Notes: generated from the sequence alone by a model not told the origin. Numbered from the stretch's first letter, positions 52,577 to 62,306 are shown. The stretch is DNA of 64,000 nucleotides from Candidatus Nomurabacteria bacterium (GCA_023267435.1 JAHFNH010000001.1:16253-80252), one strand, 5' to 3'. Program-made: numbers and translations.

Positions 52577-52774
52577 TTAGAAAGAAATTATTTTTACCAA
52601 ACCGCTTGAGAAAAGGAAGTCAAAAATACCTAAAAAGTAGGCTAATACTACGGACAATAAGAGGACAATCAAAGTATAAAAAAGAGTCTGGCTTCTGGTT
52701 GGCCAATTAACATGCTTCAACTCTGTTTTTGTTTCCTTTAAATATTCAGTGAATTTTGACATATGATTTTGCAA
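52577..52774 (-). CDS. secE: preprotein translocase subunit SecE
   Basis: 65 aa, single C-terminal TM, ELKHVNWPTR motif; precedes nusG. Confidence 0.75.
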   Translation of the reverse strand: MQNHMSKFTEYLKETKTELKHVNWPTRSQTLFYTLIVLLLSVVLAYFLGIFDFLFSSGLVKIISF

Positions 52775-52818
52775 ATCACGTCGCGTAAGTCCTTTTGATG
52801 CGACGCTATTCCTTTTTA

Positions 52819-52837
52819 TTTTTAAAAAAGCCCCCTT
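52819..52837. terminator. bidirectional terminator upstream of secE and downstream of the SIMPL gene
   Basis: AGCCC-CCTTTCA-AGGGCT with A-run and T-run flanks. Confidence 0.55.
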
Positions 52838-52882
52838 TCAAGGGCTTTTTTAATATTACTCTTTTCAGTCTAAATAGTCAAA

Positions 52883-53686
52883 TTATCTTATTTCATAAGT
52901 GATTGAAACATCAGAACTGATTTTGTTCTCACCTTTTGGAATTTCTGCCGGAGCTGGAGCTACAGCGCTCTCAGCCATCATGCCAGCCTTGGCATACATC
53001 ATCGGTATCGGGCTATTGTTGGACTCACTGAAAGAAGTTATTTTACCCAAACGAATACCTAAGTCTTTAGCTAAACTTTGTGCTTTTAGTTTTGCATCGT
53101 CTATCGCTATTTTTCTAGCTTCAACTTTCAAACCATCTTCATTGTCTATCGCAAAATTTGGTCCATTTAAATTAGAAACGCCAAGCGCCCCGATACCTTG
53201 GATTATTTTGCCAGCATCATCTGTGTTTCTTATTTTAACGGTAATACTCTCACTGGCTGTGTATCCGACAATGACATTGTTGCCAGTTGGTGGAGGACAG
53301 TTTACTTGAGCACAAGGTATTTGCTTTCCATATCTGTATTCGTATTTCGGATAGAAAGATGAATTGGTTGTTTTAATATCTTTGTCAGCAATATTATTTG
53401 ATCTCAAAAAAGAAAGAGAATCTTTCTCGATCTGTGCTACGCCATCTTGCGCTTCTTTGACAGTCTTCGCGTCTTTTGAAATTGTAAAATCAATATTGGC
53501 AATATCTGGCACAGCAGAAACTTCTCCATGACCAGAGAAAGTTATAATATCTTTAGGTTGATCGTTATATCTGCCAAAAGACCTATTTTCAAAACATGCT
53601 TGGACAACGAAAGCGACTAAAAAAGCAATTAAAGCAATTTTCAAACCGCGATATAATTTTACTTTTTTTTCTGGTGATAATTCCAT
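52883..53686 (-). CDS. SIMPL/DUF541-domain periplasmic protein
   Basis: N-terminal TM; ITFSGHGEVSAVPDIANIDFTI pattern typical of SIMPL. Confidence 0.5.
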   Translation of the reverse strand: MELSPEKKVKLYRGLKIALIAFLVAFVVQACFENRSFGRYNDQPKDIITFSGHGEVSAVPDIANIDFTISKDAKTVKEAQDGVAQIEKDSLSFLRSNNIADKDIKTTNSSFYPKYEYRYGKQIPCAQVNCPPPTGNNVIVGYTASESITVKIRNTDDAGKIIQGIGALGVSNLNGPNFAIDNEDGLKVEARKIAIDDAKLKAQSLAKDLGIRLGKITSFSESNNSPIPMMYAKAGMMAESAVAPAPAEIPKGENKISSDVSITYEIR

Positions 53687-53714
53687 ATTTTAATTCCCGC
53701 CGTAGCGAAATAAA

Positions 53715-54227
53715 TTATTTTTTAATTCCAATAAGTTCGACAGTGAAAGTTAATTTTGCATTTGGAGGAATTACTCCGCCAGCACCAGCTGCACCATAAG
53801 CGTATTCAGGATTAATTTCCAATTTTCTCTGCTCGCCTGTTTTCATTCCATCTACTCCAATATCCCAGCCCTTAATAACTTGTCCTGCACCGAGTGTGAA
53901 AATAAATGGTTGAACATGGTTAAACTTTGGATCAATATTTGAATCAAAAGCAGTGCCATCTTCAAGTGTTCCTGTGTAATTCATAGCGACAGTATCGCCA
54001 GCTTTCGCTGCATCGCCTGTGCCTTCTCTTAAGACTGTAATTTTTACTCCATCAACTTGCTGTGTGTTATCCATATTTGTATTTGTATTTGTATTTTGCT
54101 CTTGTCCAACTTGTGGAGCTGGCTCAGGAGTGTTCTTTTTATTAATAGTAATGTAAACCAAAACTGCAATCACAACCGCAAAGATTATGATTGAAACCAT
54201 CATACTTGTTTTTTTGTCTTTTAACAT
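53715..54227 (-). CDS. FKBP-type peptidyl-prolyl cis-trans isomerase, membrane-anchored
   Basis: VAMNYTGTLEDGTAFDSN, GAGQVIKGWDIGVDGMKTGE, PPNAKLTFTVELIGI. Confidence 0.85.
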   Translation of the reverse strand: MLKDKKTSMMVSIIIFAVVIAVLVYITINKKNTPEPAPQVGQEQNTNTNTNMDNTQQVDGVKITVLREGTGDAAKAGDTVAMNYTGTLEDGTAFDSNIDPKFNHVQPFIFTLGAGQVIKGWDIGVDGMKTGEQRKLEINPEYAYGAAGAGGVIPPNAKLTFTVELIGIKK

Positions 54228-54289
54228 AAATTAAAAAATAATTAACTTTTAATAACCTCAATTATACACCTAGTCAGCATATAAACAAA

Positions 54290-55333
54290 TTAGATGAGAT
54301 TTACCTCTGGTGTCAGCTTTAAACCGAATTTTTGTTCAACCGATTCAATGATTTTATCAGCTAAATCTAAAATTTCTTCGCCTTTCGCTCCGCCATAATT
54401 CACTAAAACAAGCGCTTGTTTATCATGTACGCCGACATTGCCGAGTCTTTTTCCTTTCCAACCAGACTGTTCAATGAGCCAGCCAGTTGGGATTTTTATC
54501 AATTCTCCTTCTGCCTCACCGGCAGACGAGTCTTTAAACACTGGCATGTCTGAGTATATTTCCAGTAAGCTCTGTGCTTTTTCTTTATCGACATAAACAT
54601 TCTTAAAAAAACTTCCAGCATTACCTAAAATTTTTGGGTCAGGTAGTTTGCTTTTGCGAATTGCTGAGACGGCATCGCTGACATCTTTGGAACTTTTTAT
54701 TTCGATATTGTTTTCTTTTAAATAACTCTCGAGTGCTTTGTAGTCTGCATTCAATTTTGGAATTTTGCTCAATTTCAAAGTTATTGCAGTAATAAAATAT
54801 TTACCTTTTAATTTATTTTTAAAAACACTTTCCCTGTAACCGAACTCACATTCTTCTTTTGTAAAAACTTTTTTCTCACCAGACCCTATTTCAATAGCTT
54901 CTAAACTTTCTAAAACATCTTTCAACTCCACTCCGTATGCTCCCATATTTTGTATCGGTGCTGCGCCAGCCGTGCCAGGAATCAACGACATATTTTCAAT
55001 ACCCCAAAATCCGTGATTTACAGAAAACAAAACCACATCATGCCAGACTTCCCCACCCATAGCTTTAATCAAAACTGTTTCTGAATTTTCATCCTGAACT
55101 TGCTGAAGGACAATTCCTTTTAATTTATCTAAAACAACCAAACCATTAAAATCTTTGGTAAAAAGAACATTACTGCCGGCACCTAAAATAAATCTTTCAT
55201 TTTCCTTAAATTCCGGAGACAAAAAAAGTTCCTGCAAATCCGCTTCACTAGTAACCTCGACAAAAAGCTTCGCTTTAGCCCTTATTCCAAAAGTATTTAA
55301 ATTAGTTAAATCATAATCCCGTAAAATTTCCAT
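54290..55333 (-). CDS. murB: UDP-N-acetylenolpyruvoylglucosamine reductase
   Basis: FAD-binding N-terminus (FILGAGSNVLF); MurB C-terminal domain. Confidence 0.75.
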   Translation of the reverse strand: MEILRDYDLTNLNTFGIRAKAKLFVEVTSEADLQELFLSPEFKENERFILGAGSNVLFTKDFNGLVVLDKLKGIVLQQVQDENSETVLIKAMGGEVWHDVVLFSVNHGFWGIENMSLIPGTAGAAPIQNMGAYGVELKDVLESLEAIEIGSGEKKVFTKEECEFGYRESVFKNKLKGKYFITAITLKLSKIPKLNADYKALESYLKENNIEIKSSKDVSDAVSAIRKSKLPDPKILGNAGSFFKNVYVDKEKAQSLLEIYSDMPVFKDSSAGEAEGELIKIPTGWLIEQSGWKGKRLGNVGVHDKQALVLVNYGGAKGEEILDLADKIIESVEQKFGLKLTPEVNLI

Positions 55334-55380
55334 ATATTAAAACTATACTCCTTAATGAGTAATGTGCGCAAATATTAAAA

Positions 55381-56985
55381 TTATTCGATTAATCCAAGCT
55401 TTTCTAGTCTCGCCGAGATTGCCCCCCTTTTTCTGCCGAATTCTTTTGCTAAGTCTTTAATTGGTGTTTTCTTTTCAAAAAGTTCAAACAATTTTTCATC
55501 TTCTTCTGTTGTCCAAGATTTGTATGCGTTGGGTGATTCTGCAGAATCACGTCGCGCAGTGTCCTTTGAAGCGCGACGCTTTTTTGTGTTTATAGTTCCA
55601 CTATTTTTTCTAGATTCTTTTACTATCTTACCACCCGAAGCAGTAACAAAATTACTGTGCATTTTTAAAAGTTTGTCTTTAGAAATTTCAGCAAAAAGTT
55701 TTTCCGCATCTTTTGATTGTTCATGAAACATCGCATCCTTCTCCAGAATTTCTGGATGCACCTGAAAAGCTCTAGCATTAAACCCGATAATATGAAGTCC
55801 GGAAAGTCTACGTACGCGAGATAATGCGACATAACCTTGTCCATACTCAAACACATCCGACAAATCCATAATTGCCGAATCCATACTCATCCCCTGACTT
55901 TTATGAACAGTAATAGCCCAAGCGAGGCGAAGCGGTATCTGAATTATCTTCGCTTTTATTTTTCCATTTTCTTCGACACTCCATTCCATCGGCTCGACGA
56001 TAATTCTTTTTCCATTTCGAGTTTGAACAATAGGACTTCTGGAACCTTTTTGAAATTCTACGACAGTGCCGAGAGTTCCATTTACAAATCCTTCTTTTGG
56101 ATTATTTTTAGTGAACATAACTTCCGCGCCAATTTTCAAATATAAATTTTCTGGTGACAAGCATCCTTTTTTCAAAATAGCGACAAGTGCATCTGGTCCG
56201 ACTGAATCCATAATAAATTCTTCTGTATCACTTTCTATTTTTGAAAGGGTTACGGTGTTTACCGAATCCACATCGACATTGTGCGAATAAAGTTTCGGTG
56301 CTTTTTCTGGCAGATTTGCTCTGTCCACTTTTCGTTCTTCTAACTGTTCAAAATGTTCTTGATCAAAAGTGTTACTGCGAATAGCCGAAAGAATAGAAAG
56401 AAAGACTTCATCGTCTTGTCGGTATTGTTCAGTCAGATAACAAACTATCGGCCGAGCCTTCTCCCAGGCAGGACAATCACAAGCAAAAATGGGTTCTGGT
56501 CCATCGTCCATCAGAGATGCTTGAAGTTTTTGTTCTGTTTCTCTTTTTATAATCGGTGGCAACTGAAAAAAATCCCCAACGAATATTACTTGGAGCCCGC
56601 CAAATGCTTCGTGAGTATTGTTCACTTCTCGACAAACTGCATCCACCATCGAAAGTGTCGTCGATGAAAGCATTGAGATCTCATCGATCACAAGAACTTT
56701 CGCACGACGAATTCTTTTTGAAACATATTCATTGCTGGCAATTTTATCTAAGTCGTATTTATCTAATTTATTTTTTATTCCGATTCCACTCCAAGAATGT
56801 ATTGTCATACCGCCGATATGCGTCGCTGCGATACCAGTCGAAGCAGTAATAGCGACTTCCACATCGGAGTCGCGCAAATAATTTACATATTCATTAATAG
56901 TATGAGTTTTACCGGCACCAGGTTCGCCTGTGAGAAATACATTTGCTCCTGTCTTTAAAATATCTAGAGCTTCTTTTTGAGTCAT
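55381..56985 (-). CDS. Pif1/RecD-family SF1 DNA helicase with C-terminal HTH-like tail
   Basis: Walker A GEPGAGKTH, VLVIDEISML, QLPPI motif; C-terminal WTTEEDEKLFELF...KRGAISARLEKLGL. Confidence 0.7.
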   Translation of the reverse strand: MTQKEALDILKTGANVFLTGEPGAGKTHTINEYVNYLRDSDVEVAITASTGIAATHIGGMTIHSWSGIGIKNKLDKYDLDKIASNEYVSKRIRRAKVLVIDEISMLSSTTLSMVDAVCREVNNTHEAFGGLQVIFVGDFFQLPPIIKRETEQKLQASLMDDGPEPIFACDCPAWEKARPIVCYLTEQYRQDDEVFLSILSAIRSNTFDQEHFEQLEERKVDRANLPEKAPKLYSHNVDVDSVNTVTLSKIESDTEEFIMDSVGPDALVAILKKGCLSPENLYLKIGAEVMFTKNNPKEGFVNGTLGTVVEFQKGSRSPIVQTRNGKRIIVEPMEWSVEENGKIKAKIIQIPLRLAWAITVHKSQGMSMDSAIMDLSDVFEYGQGYVALSRVRRLSGLHIIGFNARAFQVHPEILEKDAMFHEQSKDAEKLFAEISKDKLLKMHSNFVTASGGKIVKESRKNSGTINTKKRRASKDTARRDSAESPNAYKSWTTEEDEKLFELFEKKTPIKDLAKEFGRKRGAISARLEKLGLIE

Positions 56986-56987
56986 TG

Positions 56988-57059
56988 GGCGCCCGGAGGG
57001 AGTTGAACCCTCGATACCGGTTCCACAAACCGGAGTTTTACCGTTAAACTACGGGCACC
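56988..57059 (-). tRNA. tRNA-His (GTG), with 5' G(-1) and discriminator C
   Basis: Cloverleaf GGTGCCCGTAG...CCGGT-TTGTGGA-ACCGG...GAGGG-TTCAACT-CCCTC-CGGGCGC-C; abuts the helicase start codon. Confidence 0.8.
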
Positions 57060-57146
57060 ATGTGTATATCTCCTACTTCTAAGAGACGCTGACCATTATG
57101 GCAGAACAAGGCCAATTTTTCAACTTTAGAATTTTATTCTAGTGTT

Positions 57147-57231
57147 GTGCACGAGGGGAGATTTGAACTCCCATGCCCTTGCGAGCGCTACCACCTCAAG
57201 GTAGTGCGTCTACCAGTTTCGCCACCCGTGC
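57147..57231 (-). tRNA. tRNA-Leu (GAG), type II with long variable arm
   Basis: GCACGGG...CTACC-TTGAGGT-GGTAG, long variable arm, GGGAG-TTCAAAT-CTCCC-CTCGTGC-A. Confidence 0.8.
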
Positions 57232-57252
57232 ATTTCTAGACTCTAACAAAAA

Positions 57253-57275
57253 AATCCACTTTTGTGAAATGGATT
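57253..57275 (-). terminator. rplS terminator
   Basis: AATCCA-n11-TGGATT with T-run. Confidence 0.5.
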
Positions 57276-57290
57276 TTTTGTTTAAATATT

Positions 57291-57725
57291 TTATTCGATG
57301 ACTCCGGCGGCTTTGTCTTCTTCTTCAGTTTTACTGTCTGCATCTAGAGTGACTGAACGCATTTTTCTTCGAACATCCTTCACCGCCTTAGTTCGGATGT
57401 AATAAAGTTTTGATCTGCGGGCTCGAGCTTTTTTAACAACTTCAATCTTATCAACCATCGGAGAATAAATCGGAAAGATTCTTTCTACGCCGACACCTGA
57501 TGCAACCTTTCTAACTGTAAATGTTGCTCCAGCTTCTGCACCGTGCTTTCTTGCAAGTACGATTCCTTCAAAAGCCTGTAAGCGGAATTTTCCTGTTTCG
57601 CCTTTCTTAGCGGCTTTTTCTTCAGGAATTTTGGACCAAACACGAACTGTATCACCAGCATTGAAATCAAGCTTCTTTCGCGCTTCGATATCGACTGGAC
57701 TAAATTTGATTTTTGTTACTGCCAT
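57291..57725 (-). CDS. rplS: 50S ribosomal protein L19 with C-terminal extension
   Basis: FNAGDTVRVWSKI...RLQAFEGIVLARKHGAEAGATFTVRKVASGVGVERIFPIYSP. Confidence 0.85.
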   Translation of the reverse strand: MAVTKIKFSPVDIEARKKLDFNAGDTVRVWSKIPEEKAAKKGETGKFRLQAFEGIVLARKHGAEAGATFTVRKVASGVGVERIFPIYSPMVDKIEVVKKARARRSKLYYIRTKAVKDVRRKMRSVTLDADSKTEEEDKAAGVIE

Positions 57726-57847
57726 AATTCATACAATCTAACACAAACACTTTGTTTTTGCAATTATTTCGGTTTGAAAGCATTTTTAGGCCTAAAATAA
57801 AAAAATACCCCCTAATAATATAGGAGGTATTCAATCTTTTTGACAAA

Positions 57848-58348
57848 TTAAGTAATATTACAAATAGCACCAAAGCTATGAAAACCACTATGACGAACGA
57901 CATGATCAAGCTTCCTCTTTGGACCATCTGAGGAAAGAATTGGCACACGAAACTCCTGATGCATATCTTTAAAAACTGAACCCAAAGAAATAATGTTAGT
58001 ATGTTTTTGAAGTTCCGGATCTTTTATTCCCAAAGCCAAAAGTTCTTCGATTGTGATTGGACGACAATCACCTCTCTTCATCCTGATCATTACTTCGGTG
58101 AATGGAATTAATTTACTAAAAGTAAAAACTTCAATGATCGAAATTCGTTTGGTTTTATTTACTATTGGAAAATTATTCTCATTAATTTCACTATTAATTA
58201 AATCATAACCTCCCAAACGAATAAGTTGTTCTATGGTTTTAGTACCATCAATTTCTACTTCAAAAGAGTGGTGACCTGTTTCAGGATGTCCCATCTCAAC
58301 TGTTCCAGGAATTCTAATCCCTGGATGTCTATTACTAATTTCTGTCAT
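57848..58348 (-). CDS. hypothetical protein
   Basis: 166-aa ORF. Confidence 0.45.
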   Translation of the reverse strand: MTEISNRHPGIRIPGTVEMGHPETGHHSFEVEIDGTKTIEQLIRLGGYDLINSEINENNFPIVNKTKRISIIEVFTFSKLIPFTEVMIRMKRGDCRPITIEELLALGIKDPELQKHTNIISLGSVFKDMHQEFRVPILSSDGPKRKLDHVVRHSGFHSFGAICNIT

Positions 58349-58470
58349 AACTTTATGATTTATTTGTTTAAAGAACTATTTGAGCCAATCAAACCACTGT
58401 GTGGTATCCAAGGCGGCTTTACCTTTGGGATATAATTTATAAATCTTTTGAGATAAAAAGTCAACAATAT

Positions 58471-59223
58471 TTACACTGAAAACTTTTTAAAATCTTCTGG
58501 AAGGGGTGCTTCTATTTTTATTTTTTTACCTTCTAAATTTTCAAATTCAATAGACTTGGCATGCAAGGCTAAACGAGAAATGCCTAGAGGGCAAGGTTTG
58601 CCCGGATCATAAAGTGAATCACAGGCAACAGGGTGATTTAAATATTTCATATGCACGCGGATCTGATGCGTGCGTCCAGTCTTGGGACGTACTTCCAAAT
58701 AACTAAATTTATTTCCATTTTTATCTTCAAATTTTTTCAGGACAGTATATTCAGTAATAGCTTCACGTAGTTCTCCTCGCGCACCTCGTCCAGCCAAACG
58801 ACGACGAAAATCACTAGGGCTTCGTCCGATTGGTTTATTGATCACTCCTTTATCTTCTTTAAAGAATCCAGAAACGATAGCGTGATAAGTTTTCTTTATT
58901 TCCCTGTCTTGGAATTGTTTTTTTAAAAATTCATGAGCTTTTTGATTTTTCACCAAAAGTAAAACACCGGAAGTATCTTTGTCTAAACGATGCACTATGC
59001 CAGGACGTTTTATTTCACTCTCTTCAGAAACAATCGGTTCACCGACATTTTCCATTTCCGGATAATTTTCCAAAATCCAATGGGTCAAATCTTTTTCCTT
59101 GCTCTTTCCATCCGCATGCACCGAAATACCCGACGGTTTGTCTATGGCTAAAATATTTTTATCTTCGTAGAGAACTTTGGGTAAAAGTTTACTGTTTTTG
59201 TTTGTTGATATTTTTTGTAACAT
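58471..59223 (-). CDS. RluA-family pseudouridine synthase
   Basis: HRLDKDTSGVLLLVKN catalytic Asp motif. Confidence 0.8.
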   Translation of the reverse strand: MLQKISTNKNSKLLPKVLYEDKNILAIDKPSGISVHADGKSKEKDLTHWILENYPEMENVGEPIVSEESEIKRPGIVHRLDKDTSGVLLLVKNQKAHEFLKKQFQDREIKKTYHAIVSGFFKEDKGVINKPIGRSPSDFRRRLAGRGARGELREAITEYTVLKKFEDKNGNKFSYLEVRPKTGRTHQIRVHMKYLNHPVACDSLYDPGKPCPLGISRLALHAKSIEFENLEGKKIKIEAPLPEDFKKFSV

Positions 59224-60238
59224 CTAATATTTTCACATGAACAGCATCAGAGAAAAACGCCTTTTCGTTTTCAAAAGTAAATACATTTTTCTCTTCACCC
59301 GCCTTGCGCACAAGTCCAAGTATTTCAGAATGCATGTCAAAAAGACGCGAAGCTAGACGTTGTTCTAAATTAAAATCTTCTTTTTTTGTTTCATCCGTAG
59401 CTTCGTTTGTCATGTGTCTATAATATACAGACTTTTTAGAATAACGATCTTTAAATGCTGAAAGTTGAGCTTCTGCTTGAATGAGTAATTTATCCTGAAT
59501 AGGATTATTTTCTAAAACATTGAAATTTTTCTGAGCAATTTCTTTAATCAAAACATTAATAGACTCGTTGTCACAACCTAAAATAACTTTCGGAAGCAAA
59601 AGTCCATTTTTTTCTCGAATATCATCATAGACATATTTTAATTTAGGAATATTATTGTTGTCTAAATCTTTTTTCAAAGCGTGAATTTTTGTATTAATTC
59701 CCTCTATGTCTGAGGTAAATGTGGCATCAAATTCAAGTCCCAACAATTTATATTGAGTAACAAAATCTAGTGTATTAAATTTTACTCCGCCATCAATAAA
59801 ATTAAGTTCATCGTCAATATCTGATGCCAAGAAAGATTCTGCTTCTTTGCCAAAATATTCAAATTTAGATATACCGACAACAATGAGACGTTCTAGGAAG
59901 TCTGCTTTGAGTTTCGTTATTTTTTGCTCAAGTGTCGCCTCTCCGTATTTTTTTCTTTTATTGGCTAAAAGCTCATACTCTTGATCAATTTCCTGTTTTG
60001 AATATCCTGGCTCTTTAGATGTAAAATCATACGGATTTAAACGTGTAAATTTATATTCATTTTCAAGATTTTTTAAAGCAGTAGAAACAAGCTCGAATTC
60101 CTTTTCAAGCTTTACTTTCACATTTTCGAAACTTATGGGTAGGTCTTCGTTCATATAGACCAATAATACATCTTTATTTAGAAAAATCAAAAACTTGAAA
60201 AATAAAGATTTTAGCGTATACTTGAAATTGTATTTCAT
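59189..60238 (-). CDS. hypothetical protein (start uncertain; alternative at the internal MNEDLPISF about 60154)
   Basis: 349-aa ORF overlapping the rluA-like gene start by 35 nt. Confidence 0.45.
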   Translation of the reverse strand: MKYNFKYTLKSLFFKFLIFLNKDVLLVYMNEDLPISFENVKVKLEKEFELVSTALKNLENEYKFTRLNPYDFTSKEPGYSKQEIDQEYELLANKRKKYGEATLEQKITKLKADFLERLIVVGISKFEYFGKEAESFLASDIDDELNFIDGGVKFNTLDFVTQYKLLGLEFDATFTSDIEGINTKIHALKKDLDNNNIPKLKYVYDDIREKNGLLLPKVILGCDNESINVLIKEIAQKNFNVLENNPIQDKLLIQAEAQLSAFKDRYSKKSVYYRHMTNEATDETKKEDFNLEQRLASRLFDMHSEILGLVRKAGEEKNVFTFENEKAFFSDAVHVKILDVTKNINKQKQ

Positions 60239-60316
60239 ACGCGGTTAGCTGTTTTGGTAGGTATCAAAAGTAGCCAACTAAAAGCATATTGTAAATATAT
60301 AGTTAAAAAAAATAAT

Positions 60317-60391
60317 GCGCGGTTAGCTCAGTTGGTAGAGCAACCCGTTTACACCGGGAAGGTCGTAGGTTCGAGTCCTACACCGCGCACA
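60317..60391 (+). tRNA. tRNA-Val (TAC)
   Basis: GCGCGGTTAGCTCAGTTGGTAGAGC...CCCG-TTTACAC-CGGG...GTAGG-TTCGAGT-CCTAC-ACCGCGC-A. Confidence 0.8.
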
Positions 60392-60408
60392 AAACGAGTA
60401 TTTAACAA

Positions 60409-60426
60409 AAGCACCCTACGGTGCTT
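60409..60426 (+). terminator. terminator after tRNA-Val
   Basis: AAGCACC-CTAC-GGTGCTT followed by TTGTTTGTTTTG. Confidence 0.7.
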
Positions 60427-60597
60427 TTGTTTGTTTTGTGCGAGCCGGAGTCATGTTTTTTCAGCAGAAAAAATAGACGAGGTGGGGTCGCGAAATTTCC
60501 GAGCGACGGCGAGGAAATATTTGTGATCACAAAACAACCTTAGAAAAATTATTCCTGACCACAAAATATCTTATCCACTAGTATTTGTGCGTGTTTT

Positions 60598-60607
60598 ATT
60601 GTTATAA
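60598..60607 (+). promoter_or_regulatory. candidate extended -10 (TGtTATAAT) for the receiver-domain gene
   Basis: ttattGTTATAATaaaaaatATG; two direct repeats of A(T/C)CACAAAA lie upstream (60531.., 60573..). Confidence 0.35.
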
Positions 60608-60615
60608 TAAAAAAT

Positions 60616-61005
60616 ATGGAAAAAAAGGTTCACATTCTTCTCGTTGACGATGATGAGATCATACGCAGATTTTTCGGCTCTAAACTCGCTGCTGCGGGCT
60701 ATGAAGTGATATATGGAGAAGATGGCAATGAAGGACGCGAAATGGCGCGACGTTTTCAGCCCGACCTTGTCTTGATGGATATCAACATGCCAGTGATGGA
60801 TGGCATCAAAGCTTCCAGTATGATGAAAGACGAAAAAGAAACTTCTAACATTCCGATTATTTTCCTTAGCAACGAGGACTTATCAATTGAAGAAGAGAAA
60901 GTAATAAAAGAGCTGGGTGTGTCAGGATGCATCCAAAAAGGAGTTGAACCTGAAGAACTTATCGATTATGTTAAAAAAGCTCTCGCGAACCTTGCTGAAA
61001 AATAA
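60616..61005 (+). CDS. stand-alone response-regulator receiver (CheY-like) domain protein
   Basis: LLVDDDE acidic pocket, phospho-acceptor D in LVLMDINMP, conserved K in IQKG. Confidence 0.8.
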   Translation: MEKKVHILLVDDDEIIRRFFGSKLAAAGYEVIYGEDGNEGREMARRFQPDLVLMDINMPVMDGIKASSMMKDEKETSNIPIIFLSNEDLSIEEEKVIKELGVSGCIQKGVEPEELIDYVKKALANLAEK

Positions 61006-61043
61006 TTTTGAAAATAGATTTTAATTTGCTAGTATGATGCCAT

Positions 61044-61115
61044 GCCCTCGTAGTTCAATGGATAGAACAAGGCTCTTCTAAGGCCTTGATGTAGGTTCGA
61101 TTCCTACCGAGGGCA
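61044..61115 (+). tRNA. tRNA-Arg (TCT)
   Basis: GCCCTCG-TA-GTTC-AATGGATA-GAAC...AGGCT-CTTCTAA-GGCCT...GTAGG-TTCGATT-CCTAC-CGAGGGC-A. Confidence 0.8.
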
Positions 61116-61128
61116 CAAAATTAAAAAT

Positions 61129-61146
61129 CCAAGCATTATTGCTTGG
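61129..61146 (+). terminator. terminator after tRNA-Arg
   Basis: CCAAGCA-TTAT-TGCTTGG followed by TTTTTT. Confidence 0.7.
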
Positions 61147-61268
61147 TTTTTTAATTTCGATAACCTTGGGAATCGAACCGAAGGCGCACATTTTTAATAA
61201 GCAAAGCGCATATAAAAATGTAGCGTCTCGACCAGAGGGAGAGGCGATTACGTTCCAAAAATAATTTT

Positions 61269-62201
61269 TTATTTAACCCCCTCCAACGCAAGCCCTAATG
61301 GAGCAGTAAACAATAGTGATTGTTCGAAATTCATCTCTGGAATATTTTTTTCTATGTCTAAAATATTAACCCAAACATTTGCGACTTCGACTTTGTGTTT
61401 TAAGCTGCCAGACAAATAATCAGCGAGTGCTGTTAGGTCCATGCCTCCACCGCATAAAAATATTTTTTCAACTGACGGGCGAACTTTTCCATCTTCATCT
61501 TTATGCGTATGCCAATACAAAAAGTGTTTTGATATTTCCTCGCGCAAAACGTGGATATTGTCAGAAAACATTTCTCCACTGGCATTCAATGTGGAATCAA
61601 GTATTACAATGCCATTAGAAACAATAGAAATTCCCGTATGTGTGGCGCCTAGATTGACGATCATATGAGTTTCGAAATCTACCTTTTTAATGACGCTCTG
61701 AGCTGTCGCCTGCGCCTTGGTCTCAAAAGACGAAATCGAAATATTAGAGTTTTCAAAAGCAGAAAGATAACTCTCAATTATATTTTTAGCTATGACAATG
61801 ACCTGCACTTCCCAACTCTGGTTGTCTTCATTTAATATTTTATAATCAAAAACAACTGCTTGATCTGACATCGGAATATTGTATTCTAAGGAAAGTTCTA
61901 TTCCCTTTCTGATGTTTTTCAACCCAGCTTTTTCCAACCTAATTTTAAAAATAAATATTTTTTCTTCCGGCAGAGAAACATGCACAGACTTTATTCCTTC
62001 TTCTTTTTTTAAGACAGACAATATTTCTTCAAAAAGTTCCGGCTCCATTATTTCTCCCGCCTCGATGATGCCCGGCGCGATCCGGCGCGATCCATATCGT
62101 CCAGTTTTGATACTATCTTTTACATGGACAAGCTCCGCAAATTTCAATGATTCATCTGAAATTTCCAAACCGAAAGAAGATGCCTTGCTGAAACTCGGCA
62201 T
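61269..62201 (-). CDS. pilM: PilM-like actin-fold type IV pilus assembly ATPase (orphan; no pilN/O/Q follow)
   Basis: FGLEISDESLKFAELV (N-terminal phosphate-1-like), NLGATHTGISIV, FLCGGGMDLTALADYL. Start placed at the internal MPSFSKASSF so the REP element 62274..62305 stays intergenic. Confidence 0.6.
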   Translation of the reverse strand: MPSFSKASSFGLEISDESLKFAELVHVKDSIKTGRYGSRRIAPGIIEAGEIMEPELFEEILSVLKKEEGIKSVHVSLPEEKIFIFKIRLEKAGLKNIRKGIELSLEYNIPMSDQAVVFDYKILNEDNQSWEVQVIVIAKNIIESYLSAFENSNISISSFETKAQATAQSVIKKVDFETHMIVNLGATHTGISIVSNGIVILDSTLNASGEMFSDNIHVLREEISKHFLYWHTHKDEDGKVRPSVEKIFLCGGGMDLTALADYLSGSLKHKVEVANVWVNILDIEKNIPEMNFEQSLLFTAPLGLALEGVK

Positions 62202-62273
62202 TAAAGAAGATCCTTTGCATAAGTTCTTAAACATAAAGACATTATAGCAACAAACAAGTGATATGAACAAATT

Positions 62274-62305
62274 CCGCCTCATCAGCGGATGCGCCGTAGA
62301 GGCGC
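62274..62305. repeat. GC-rich double-hairpin REP-like element, copy 4 (CCGCCTCATCAGCGG + ATGCGCCGTAGAGGCGC)
   Basis: 32-nt near-perfect inverted copy of the element at 63456..63487. Confidence 0.65.
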
Positions 62306-62306
62306 A

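Noticed and set aside
57700-57948. 82-aa minus-strand ORF overlapping the rplS start and upstream spacer
   Set aside because: Overlaps the conserved L19 N-terminus region in another frame. Likely spurious, although a small membrane peptide cannot be fully excluded.
60254-60526. 90-aa plus-strand ORF
   Set aside because: Runs straight through tRNA-Val and its terminator, so it is spurious.
61164-61185. Possible sixth tRNA on the minus strand (GGTTCGATTCC T-loop motif)
   Set aside because: No acceptor stem complementary to the 3' side. The upstream sequence folds as a long AT hairpin, not a cloverleaf. Treated as a tRNA-like fragment only.
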